Assembly: GCA_050230475.1 (NCBI GenBank)
Contig: JBFLGF010000116.1
Coordinates: 1-64,000 of the forward strand
Reading direction: 5' to 3'
From: Ancylonema sp.
Lineage: Eukaryota
Length of the DNA: 64,000 bases
This document shows positions 52,964 to 64,000 of this stretch, in pieces. The number at the start of each line of letters is the position of its first letter. Within the stretch, counting starts at the first letter, position 1. The notes under the pieces are model-generated. The model had not been told where the DNA came from. It saw only the letters and a list, made by a program, of their open reading frames with translations, and ran no database searches. The position numbers and the translations under genes were made by a program.

Positions 52964-55900
52964 TCACTCGTTCAACAAGTTCCGAAGCACGTAATGCAAG
53001 ATTCCTCCGTTTTGGAAGTACGTCAACTCCACCTGCACACCACGCAACATGACATACAAACCCAAACACATCATAAACATCACCGCCTCCCTCCTCCCCC
53101 CTCCCTCCCCCCACCTCCCCCTTCTCCTCCTTACCTGTGTGTCAAACCGTAGCGTGGTCACAAACGACTTCCCGTTGTCGGTGGTGACGGTGATATCCAT
53201 TCCCGGGGAGATATTCTCGGGCAGGTCGATGGTGAACTTCTCAAACCCGTTGAGCCCCAGCGAGTCCGCATCCTCCCCCGCCTTGAAGCACAGCGGGATG
53301 ACCCCCATCCCCACCAGATTGCTCCTGTGGATTCGCTCAAATGATTTGGCGATGACTGCCTTGACCCCCTGCAGGTAGGGCCCCTTGGCAGCCCAGTCGC
53401 GGGAGCTGCCGCTGCCGTACTCGGCACCCGCGAGGATGATGGTGGGGACGCCAGACTCGCGGTATTTCTGGGAAGGAAATGGGGGGAGAGGTGGGGGGGG
53501 GGAGGCGGGCAGGAATGTAAGGGTTTATGAATTGACATGCGCATGTGGAAGTACATCAGTGTTCATGTACATGTGTAGCTGCATGTTTTCATATGCAACT
53601 CTGGTTGCAGGAATGTGATACATTCAGATACTTACAGACCGAAATGTGCAGGTATGTAACTAGAAGTATACGCAGACATACACATATCCACGAATGCTCC
53701 ATATCTATAAGAACATGTATGGTTGGTGATACACAGCTAAGGTACAAGTTTGTACTATATGAACTAAAGTAACTTATGAACTGTATAAAGTCTATGTCTC
53801 TGTTTATACGAATTATATGAACTTCATGAACTATATGTCTATGGGTACACACAAATACATGTACATAAGTCCCTATGTCCGTACACTTCAATGCATGTTC
53901 CATGACACCAGTCCAGTCCTTACCACTGCTGCCTCGTAGATGAGCATCTTCTCCTTGGTGGGGATGTAGACCGTCTGCGGCCCCACCTCGCCCTCCAGAA
54001 ACTTGTTCACGATGCGGATGTTTGCAAACGTGCCACGTGTCATGATCTCGTCGTTCCCCCTCCGACTCCCGTACGAGTTGAAGTCCTTCCTCTCCACCCC
54101 CTTGGACAGCAAGTACTTGGCTGCCGCGCTGTCCTTGTGGATGCTGCCAGCTGGCGAGATGTGGTCGGTGGTGATGCTGTCCCCCAGGTTGAGGAGCACG
54201 CTCGCGTCCTTGATCCCCGTACCGCCTGGGGGTGCCTTGGGCATGCCCTTGAAGTAGGGGGGGTCGTGGACGTAGGTCGACTTGGGGTCCCACGCGTACA
54301 GACTGCCCTCGGAAGCTTCCAGGCTGTTCCACAGCGCGTTGCCCTGGGTGATGGCCTTGTACGTGTCCACAAAAAACTCGGGGAGGACAGACTGCTCCAC
54401 CACCGCCTTCACTTCTTCCGTGGAGGGCCAGATGTCGGCCAAGAACACGGGCTTGCCGTCCTTGCCGGTGCCAATGGGCTCTGTGGCGAAGTCAATGTCC
54501 ACCTGGACACATTATTCACCGGACAAAGTAAGTGAGACCGTACAAAAATGAGGTGTGGTAATGGCTGTTGTTGCACTACTCTTTCCTGAAAAGAACCCAT
54601 TCTGACCAATATCCACTCCTAGATCCTGGATAGATTCGAGTGGATGCGTCGCATGAGTAGTGATGTGGCCATTCATATTTTGATCAGCTCTACAACCTTA
54701 GGACGCGTTGGATCTTCATCGCCTATTACAACATTCACATTGTGAAAGTCGACGCCTGAGGGTAGAGGAAAGGTTACAGACACACGGACAGGAAGACGGG
54801 AGATGAGGTTTTTCCTCATCTTTGTGAGGGCTGTTCCTTGGGTGGTGGTTGTTGGTGTGCTTACGGTTCCTGCGAGTGCATAGGCCACCACGAGGGGGGG
54901 GGATGCCAAGTAGTTGGCGCGGGTGAGAGGGTGGACGCGACCCTCAAAGTTACGGTTGCCAGAGAGGACGGCAGACGCCAGCAAGTCTGAACCCCAACCC
55001 CAACACCAACCCAGTCTTCAGATTCCCCTCCCCTCCTCCCATCCCCTCCCCTGTCTTCCCCTCCCCTCTTCCCCCTCCGCCCTCACCATTCTCCGTGATG
55101 ACTTGTCCCACCAGCGGATCCAGCTCCCCGGAGTTCCCGATGCAGGTGGTGCACCCATACCCCACGGTTGCAAACCCCTGCTGCTCAAGATAGGGCAGCA
55201 GACCGCTCTTCTCAAGGTAACGGGTGACCACTCCGCTGCCGGGGGCGAGGGAGGTCTTCACCCAGGGGGCCACCAGCAGGCCAGCCTCGGTCGCCTTTGT
55301 CGCCACCAGCCCCGCCCCCAACATGACGGAGGGGTTGGAGGTGTTGGTGCAGCTGGTGATGGCGGCTATGACCACCGACCCCTGTTTCAACTCCGCCTGC
55401 TGGCCGTGGAAGTCGAACTTGACGCTCTTGCTCTGCTCCGCTTTGGGGATGGCGAACCCCTTAAACCCCACCTTGCTGTCCAGGCACGACTGCCAGTCCT
55501 CCTTCATGTCGCGCAGGTTCACCCGGTCGTGGGGGCGTTTGGGGCCCGAAATGCAAGGCTCCACCGTGTCCAGGTCCAGCTCCATGTAGGAAGAGTAGAC
55601 GCGCTCGGGTTGCGGCTCGTCGTAGTCGATGAACAGCTTGTTGGCGCGAAGGTACGCCTCAATCTGCTGCACCTTCTCCTCCTCCCTCCCCGTGTTCCTC
55701 AGGTACCCCAGGGTGACTTGGTCCACGGGGAAGAACCCCATGGTGGCCCCGTACTCGGGAGACATGTTGGCGATGGTCGCCCGGTCCGCCAGGGACAGGT
55801 GCTGCATCCCGTCCCCATAGAATTCCACGAACTTCCCCACCACCCCGTGCTTGCGCAGCATCTGCGTGCAGGTGAGCACGAGATCCGTGGCGGTCACGCC

Positions 55901-57849
55901 CGTCTTCATGCTCCCCATGAGCTTAAACCCCACCACCCCGGGGAGGACCATGCTCATGGGCTGCCCCAGCATGGCGGCCTCCGCCTCAATGCCCCCAACC
56001 CCCCACCCCGCCACACCCAGCCCGTCGATCATGGTCGTGTGGGAGTCCGTCCCCACCACGCTGTCGGGGTAGAGCACGTTCTTGTTGTTGAACACCACAC
56101 GTGCCAAGTACTCCAGGTTCACCTGAACCCCACGAGCCTGCTCAGGACCACCCCTGTGGACGGAATTCTGATGCAGGTTTTTGTTCAGTGTACCTGATGG
56201 ACGATCCCGGAGCCCGGAGGCACGACGAGCATGTTCTCAAACGCCTTGGCGCCCCATTTCAGGAACCCGAAGCGCTCCTTGTTCCTTCCGAACTCGAATG
56301 CCATGTTTTGATCCACGGCGTCAGCAGTTCGCGTCACGTCTACCTGGACTGAGTGATCGATGACAAGGTCCACAGGAATCTGTGGACACAGGCGGGGGGA
56401 GGGGACGATATTATCTGGTTGAACAAAAGATGTCGTATTGCGGCTCGTCTGTCTCTTCTCTGCTGCGACCTGAATTCGGATGCAGAAACCCTGCCATGCA
56501 ACCCGTAGCTTTCCGGCTACGCTCCCTGATTACTTCGCATTTTCGTACCTGGGGGTTGATTTTGGAAGGATCTCCTCCCAGGTCTTTCATTGCATCGCGC
56601 ATAGCAGCCAAGTCCACGACCACGGGCACCCCAGTAAAGTCCTGCAAGTGTCCGACACATCAACTTTAAAGACTCTCGGTACCGAATCAAGCCACAGACA
56701 GCTACATGGCAATACCACGTGACTTCCTCAAAGCTTGAAAACTCAGTCAGACCATCAGAAACTCCCTGCTCCCTGAAAATAATGATCGCCTCTGGGCCCG
56801 TAAATCAGCTTCACTAAAACTATCAAGTGACAGCACACGAGTGATGCCCTTGTCTAGCCATCATCCCAAATCACACGCATTAGAAAAAAAACGGCTCTGA
56901 AATGCCACGATGTCTGGCCTCACCTGCAACAGGACTCGCGCTGGCTTGAAAGCAATTTCCACCTGCTGGGGAGAAGTCTTTTCCCAGTCCAAAATTTTCT
57001 CCACATCCTTCTCATTTACTTCAAAGTTGTCACAGTTCCGGACAGCAGATTCCAGGAGGTAGAGAATGGAAATTGGTAGTTTCTCTGCAACATCGAACCG
57101 CTGCCAGTTCTGAGCGCGGCGACTCTGAGAGTGACGACTTGCAGATGACAGTGTCCTCGGGTGCAAACAAATGTAATAGCTGATTTTAATTGTTCAGACT
57201 TCTGCGTCGCTTGCGTCTCTACTCAAAGACATGTGTTGCCCACCTGCTCTCGAATCCTTTAATCCAGGGAGGCTGTAGTATTTCCCATAGACACCACCGG
57301 CAGGATTCGGCAAGTCCGTCAGAAGCTCCTTGAAAGGGTTCTCAGCTGGCCGATAAACAATACAAAGTGAGGACAATCTTAAGAAGTCCACTCCCGTTTT
57401 GCGACAAGGCTACTCCAAACGGCAAAATGGATATATCGCCAGCGCTTGCGCACCACAGGTGTGCAAACTAGACGTAATCGCCGAACCAAAAACACACAAA
57501 AGATAACAAAAACAAAAACAAACAAAAAAAAGAGCTTACCTTTAGTGGACGCCATTCTTGAGCGCGAAACGAACTTTGATTCTACCGCAGACACTGATCG
57601 ATGCTGATAGTTAACAAAAGATGGTCCGCTGCGGATGCTGGTTGAAAAGGAATGTGTTTGGGAGACGGACAGGCGAGGTACTTCCCTGACGGCAAGGTTT
57701 CCGTAAAAAGCGGAAGAAGCGAGAGCTGGAGATTCAGCTTCAGTCGCAAGACACTTAGTTCCGCTAGCACCTTTCTGGTTAAACGCGAAGGTCTGCGATA
57801 AAGTAGGCACCGCAGACTTCACTGTACGAGCGACTCGCATAACAGACAT
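52964..57849 (-). CDS. ACO: Aconitate hydratase (plant ACO/AcnA type) with N-terminal organellar transit peptide; multi-exon
   Basis: [94 protein letters not shown] stop. Confidence 0.98.
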
Positions 57850-60615
57850 TTTCCTGCTTTATAAATTGCCCAGGCTATCTATGGCGACAGGTTTGCCACT
57901 CCACTACTGCCCGCAAGACGCTCACGATCAATCACTTTCCGGGCGAGATCCCGCTGGCATTCGCGCTCGTCGTTCGTAATTGTTGGCCCCCCGCCAGCAG
58001 GAAAGTGGTCCCTGCCGTATCAGCAGCATTGGTATCAGTACCTCACACAGTAGCTATATTGTCGTGGGTAATCATTGCGACGTACGGTGTCAGATCTCTC
58101 TATGCCCCCAAGTCTGGGCCCATGGGCACCACTGGCACCACTGGCACCACTTAACGGAAAGATCCCGCGTGGTACAGTCTTCTGCGCCAATCAGAGTGAA
58201 GCAGCACACTCCATAAACTGCTTGAAAAGCTCACATTTGGACCCTTGATGAGTCCACATGTGCGGCGGCTTGTGGATATTGCGGCAGTTCTCTCTCCCGT
58301 GGAGTCATGTAGTGCCAACCGCCTGACAGGGTGGGTAGACCTCCAACTGCCCCCCCGCTCTTACTGCCCCCCCCCGTACGACTACTCGACCTAACGACAA
58401 TTTTCAAGTTTTGTTGTCATTATATCGAGGTTTTTATGTAGGTGGATTTTAATTTGTTTTTAACCCAAGTTGACCCAAGGTGCCGGAGTGGAACCTTGAA
58501 TGGACCCCGTTTTGATTGTCGCGGCGAATTTGCCCGAAGTGAAACTAGAGGGCGAGATTTGCATGATGTACACTTCTTGAAGGGGTAACTTCCGACCGTC
58601 GAATTTCGGGGTAGTCCTCGTAAACGTAGCATGAGATCAAAGGGTCAGATTCAACCAACGTGTTTGCTGATGACGGTAGATGACCTCGGGACAAAAAATG
58701 CACCCTTCTTGGCCGCCATCGGATAACCGGGCGAAAACGCGGGCCCCCGGGCGAAAAATAATCCGCCCGGGGCGGGGCCAATGAGGTTTTGTAAGTTTTT
58801 CGTAAAACCCCAAGACCACGTAGATCATGTTCATCTCTTAAAAATACAGATTCGACAAGTATTCAAGATTTTATAACACTAAGTACGCCTGTCATCTTTA
58901 CCCGTGTAATATACTTTTGTATATCTCAAGTTGTAATATTTTGGTTTTTATTGTCATCCCATTATACCAGGCCACGCCACGGAGTCGAACTCATGGTGAC
59001 ATTAGATGATGTCGGACTTGTGGCGTATGGTGCACATTGTGCAAAAAGTCGGTTTTAAAGAAAACCAACCATATCTCCGCATCGCGATTTTTTTTTTTGT
59101 TGTAGTCTTTTTTTCCCCCTAGTTGTTTTGTATGTTGGCCCATGGCCCCGCCCAACTAATTCCGCCCCGCTTTCCGCCCCTGGTGGGCCCGCCCCGGGCG
59201 GGGCCAACTAGCCATAAATCTCACGTTGTGCTACGTTGACGAGGAGTCCTGAAATAGAAATTTTTAGGCCCCCCTAAACTACTCTGTGGAGGGTTATTGA
59301 CCTTAAAACCCCAATTAGGGGGTTGCACTTGAATTTGTAAAATGCCAAGGTAGACATGCATTTCGGGTCTTTTGGTAGTTTAAACACAATGGTGCCCCTA
59401 AAAACTTGCCAATCCACTGGAGAGATGTATTGGAAGCATAATTTCGACAAAACGGGACTCACCACCTTCGAAAGAGCCCATGTGCAACCAGATTCACTAT
59501 ATAATGCATGTTTGATCTCCTACATCATATTGATAAAGCAAAAAGTATTGTTTTCCCAACACCTCTTTGAGCATATGGTACATTTAGAAAACTTGGATCG
59601 AGAATCAGACAATATGTGTATAGAATGGTGAGAAAAACCTAAGCATCGAAGTGACAAACAACGAATGAACCACTGGAAGCATCGCTAGTTGCGTAGCCAT
59701 TTTATAAGGTAATCCATCGCCATAGTTTCTCTACACACTGGCACCTACTTTCTAATCTCCAACCACAAACGTGGACAAATATATTAATAAGAACATTTTT
59801 TCGTCACAACTTGGAGGGGAAAGAAACATGCTTAAGGTAACGGTTGTGCAAGGAAATTGATGGCATTTACAAAATTGTCCAAACAAAACTTATATCGCTT
59901 CATCATCATCTCCCGAAAAAGTGATGCGTATTTCATCACTTAGGATCACAAAGTGCCGACAAAAATATTTCCGAAAGCTTTCCTTTCATTCAAGGCGAGG
60001 CGCGCTTTGAGATGCCACATTCACTCTCTCTTCACCAAAAGTGTCAGGTTATAACGTTGTGGTAAGAGGCAGCCTTTTTTTTTTTTTTCTCTCTCTTCCT
60101 GGCAGATCGACTTAGGCCCCAAATTGAGGTGGGAAATGCCCCTTTAATTTCCCCGAATTGAAATTTATATTTAGGGGTTTTTAGGGGTGCTTTCTCGTCG
60201 CACCCTTATTATGTTTCTGTTATTACGGCCTAAATACCCTTAGACTTGCCTTCCCTGACCAGGACCAAGACCAGGACTACCCAAAAATTTGACGGCCGGA
60301 AGTTACCCCCCCAAGGATACCGGTAAACGCCGCCAAATGTGTCAGCGTGGGGTCTCTCTAATGATGCTCTTCCTTCCATGTACTTCAGGTGTTCAGGCAC
60401 GTAAAGCATTGCAGCAATGCCCGGTAGTCCAAATATCGTACATCTTTGCAGCGTGCTTTGTATTTTTGGTGCGTCCGGCACGACAATATAGTTACTGCTT
60501 TGCATACGCATGGTCATCAATTTGGGAAGTCCTGGACACCGGTGTCACAAGGTTCTTCTATTTCCCGTGAGTAAGAACGAATCATTGCTATGTTTACATG
60601 AGCACGCGCTGAACT

Positions 60616-63600
60616 ATGACGCAATCTGCTCTCCTGGTCCCCTCCATGCTGGAAGGGGTAGCAGCCGCACTTCTGGCCTATGCTTGTTGGAACTATTTGA
60701 CGGCGGATAAAACATACAGCTCAGCGAAAAGAAGACCAAAAGCTGGGACGAGGGCTCCTGAAGACGTTTCATCCGCCCTTAACCTGTCCCAAGCATGTTG
60801 TGGTGGCATTGGGGACTCGCGACCTCAGTGTAGTTGTGGACCCTCGTTTCCGGAACCAAATCTAGACAACGAGGATATGCTTGCACGTGGCGTGAACGAC
60901 CCTGATGTGGCTCTCATGGCAACATCCAGTGGTTGCGCTGAGGGCTGCGGGGCATGCAGCTCCAGTTCTGCAAAGCACATGAGCAAGAGTGCAGAAATAC
61001 GGAGTGCCTCACTCGTAGCCCGCTTATGCGAAGACAGACCTGCTAAAGTTCTGTACTTAACACAAACGGGAATGTCAAGAAGACTGGCGGAGGAGCTTGG
61101 GGTGGCCTTGAGGGATGCGCAGATGCCTGTTCAGGTGGGGTGCTCTGGGTAAGATAGGGTCATCTCGAGTTCAATGCGCATGCTGGAGCGAGGGGTGGGG
61201 GGGTAGGTTTAGCCCCTTCCAACTTCTCAGATTTCTCACTGTCTGAACCCCAAAGACAATGGGACGTTAATCGTAGAGAATGGAGAGGATATTTATTACT
61301 TTAGAGTGACATAATCAGCAAACGGAAAGCATGTATACTAGTATTCTTGGTCAGACTTCGTACCTTTACATGTAAATATCGTTGTGTAGATCCGCATTTG
61401 TCTACTTTTACTCCGGCTGGTCACTTTAATTCCGGTTTTCTGATATTTCTAAGCGAAAGTCAGCAAACACCCCGAATCTTGGGTTCAAAATTCAACCCTG
61501 ATCCAGCCAATCTGGGGTGAATCAGTCCTACAGCAGTTGCTAAAAAATGCGTTTGAAACTTTACTGTCGTTCAGGATATCTCGATGGTACTGCGGATGAC
61601 CTGACCCCCCCCCTTCGCAAACAGACATTCTTCTCAACTTCACAGACGATTTAAAATTACTACAACATATTGTGTATATATACTGCTTCACATCCTGCGA
61701 TGTAAACATTTGGAAGTGATTGGAGCTTCTTTTGAGGCTACTTGGTACACACCTCTCGGAGAAAGAAGAATAAGAAAAAGAAGAAGGCGTCAGTCTCCTG
61801 GCTGTACGTCTTCCAGTTTAGGGTTTCTGTACGGTTCGGTTTGGGTCATTGGGACCGATCCAGATCCGGAATAGTCTCTCTCCATACCCCAGAATTCGGT
61901 GTCATTGGCTGCATGTGCTGAGCTGTCACCTCTTCATTCGTCCAGGTCCTAGATGCTACCACGTACGAACCCGAAGATCTCACCAAGGAAAAACTCGTGG
62001 TCTTCATTGCCTCCACGTGGCAGGACGGCAAGCCGCCACCTGGCACTGAATTTCTGTGCCAGTGGTTAGAAGACAGTGCCTCCGACTTCCGGGTCGGTTC
62101 AGGGCTGTTGCAGGGGGTGAGGTATGCGGTGTTCGGGGTGGGAAGCTCCGCATACGAGGACAACTACTGCGCAGTGTCACGGGGGATTGCGCGTCAGATG
62201 GCGGGGTTGGGCGCGTCAGAAGTTGGGGTGGGGGAGGGGGATGTGGAGGGGGGGGAGGAGGTGAATGACGCGTTTCACGAGTGGGGGGAGAATCTGGTAC
62301 TCAGTCTCACAGGGGCCGACAAACATGCAGGGGCAGGGAGGGACAGCTCAGGAGATAGGAACAATGGCATATCAGGAGAGTACGGCAGAGATCAGGAGGA
62401 AGAGCGTGGGAGTGAAGGGGAGGAGGGGGAGGAAGAGGAGGAGGAGGAGGAACGGAAGGGGGGAGGTGGTCTGCCAGATTTGGAGGACCTGGCAGGAGCA
62501 GTAAGGGTCGGGGAGGACTGGGGGTCCGGTGGGGAGGCACAGGAGGGTGGGGGGGCAGGGGGGGAGGGGAAGGGCGGGGAGGTGAGGGGCCGAATGGGCG
62601 TGAAAAAGAAATTTTTCATAAGAAAGGGCGGCCCAAAGAGGGAGCGGTCCAACGGGGGCCCGCCAGGTGGCAGTCGAGGGCAATGGCAGACCGGGAAGTT
62701 GAGTGGGGCTGAGTACGAGGCAGGCGCCAAGGAGATGGTGACACCTGTCCTGCGCGCCAACCTTGAGAAGCAGGGGTACAAACTGATCGGCAGCCACAGC
62801 GGGGTGAAGCTGTGCAGGTGGACCAAGTCCCAGCTGCGCGGCTGGGGGGGGTGCTACAAGCACTCCTTCTATGGCATCGCCTCCCACCTCTGCATGGAAA
62901 CCACCCCCTCCCTGGCCTGCGCTAACAAGTGCGTGTTCTGCTGGAGGCACCACACCAACCCGGTGGGGAAGAGGTGGAGGTGGGCCATGGACCCCCCAAC
63001 CGCCATCGTGGAGGGGGCGCTGGATCTGCACCGTCGGATGATACGGCAGATGAGGGGGGTGCCGGGGGTGAGGGAGGAGAGGCTGGAGGAGGGGATGACG
63101 CCACGTCACTGCGCGCTATCGCTGGTGGGGGAGCCGATCATGTACCCGGAAATCAACGTGCTGGTGGGGGAGCTGCACCGACGACAGCTGTCCACATTCC
63201 TGGTCACAAACGCGCAATTCCCGGAGAAAATTCGGGCCCTGGACCCAATCACGCAGGTGGGGCCCGCAGGGAGGGAGGGGACCAGGGGGGGGGGGTGCAG
63301 GATCAGGATTGACAGCTGGAGCTGACGTGGGCTGTTCATCTGGACCCCGCAGCTGTACGTGAGCGTGGATGCTGCCACCAAGGACAGCCTGAAGGCCATC
63401 GACCGACCGCTGTTTGGAGACTTTTGGGAGCGGTTCACGGTGAGTGCCCAGACGCAGGGGGGGGGGGGGGGGGGGGTGGAGTTTGCTGTAGAAGGAGGTT
63501 GATACATGGCTGTGGCGGGGGTGGGGGATTGCTGTGGTTGGGGTTGTGGTTGTGGTTGTGGTTGTGGTTGTGGTTGTGGTTTTCTGGCAGGATTCTCTTC

Positions 63601-64000
63601 GTTCTCTTCGTGAGAAGCGTCAGCGTACGGTGTACCGCCTCACGTTGGTGAAGGGGTGGAACATGGCGGAAGTGGACGACTACTGCACGCTGCTTGAGTT
63701 GGGGAGACCAGACTTTATCGAAATCAAAGGGGTCACGTACTGTGGAAGGTGGGGGGGTGGGGGGAGAGTCGCTTGAATAAGTCATAAGTCATCAAGGCAA
63801 GAAAAACGGTCCCTATCAACAAATGGCATATGAAGGGCTTGCCTTCCCTGACATTTTCCTTCCAGAGGTACACTTGCAAAGTCTTTCTCTCACTGGGTGG
63901 TAGGAGCGCGAAGCAAGCGATGAAAACTGACACGGGTCCTCTCTCATATTTTGTGGATGGGCCCTTTTCCTTTCCCAGCACCTCCACCTCCTCGCTGACG
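60616..64000 (+). CDS. TYW1: tRNA wybutosine-synthesizing protein 1 (flavodoxin plus radical SAM), 3'-incomplete; last recognised exon ends ~63748
   Basis: N-terminal TM; LYLTQTG, YAVFGVG, KQGYKLIGSHSGVKLCRWTK, CANKCVFCWR (CxxxCxxC), HCALSLVGEP, FLVTNAQFP, YVSVDA, DFIEIKGVTYCG. Confidence 0.96.

Noticed and set aside
54914..56197. 427-aa plus-strand ORF (and similar ORFs 62372-63109, 26169-26747, 18915-19460)
   Set aside because: Antisense shadows of real coding exons; no motifs of their own.
58320..60235. GGCC-ended PIF/Harbinger-like MITEs and GC-box clusters (also ~30148-30340)
   Set aside because: I could not pair TIRs with matching TSDs confidently.
60790..60965. Cys-rich segment in the TYW1 N-terminus as a novel metal domain
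   Set aside because: Low-complexity Cys/Gly-rich linkers before the flavodoxin domain are known to me from other eukaryotic TYW1 proteins.

Overview
Eukaryotic nuclear DNA with GT-AG spliceosomal introns, most likely a streptophyte (charophyte-type) green alga. This is inferred from a plant-type DUF248 methyltransferase, EMB2752 and MCC1 homologs, CHG-type decay of TEs and DNMT-bearing Gypsy elements. Host genes: PRMT1, NAA60/MCC1-like GNAT, PMT-family methyltransferase, an orphan ORF, a PMP3/RCI2-like gene, EMB2752-like, PGGT1B, aconitase and partial TYW1. Between them lie decayed Gypsy and Copia retrotransposons, hAT and pogo-like MITEs and a GCR1_C (Crypton-type) ORF. Main observations: (1) two otherwise intact housekeeping genes each carry an in-frame TAG exactly at a conserved Tyr position, and no host gene here depends on TAG to terminate, which suggests nuclear UAG=Tyr (or ambiguous UAG) decoding; (2) two diverged Gypsy elements carry a C5 DNA methyltransferase upstream of RT, and both have a TAG, an 8-nt spacer and a hairpin at the same DNMT/RT junction (candidate programmed readthrough); (3) a tRNA-independent, self-priming (Tf1-like) LTR family. 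All homology calls are by eye from remembered motifs; no database search was run.
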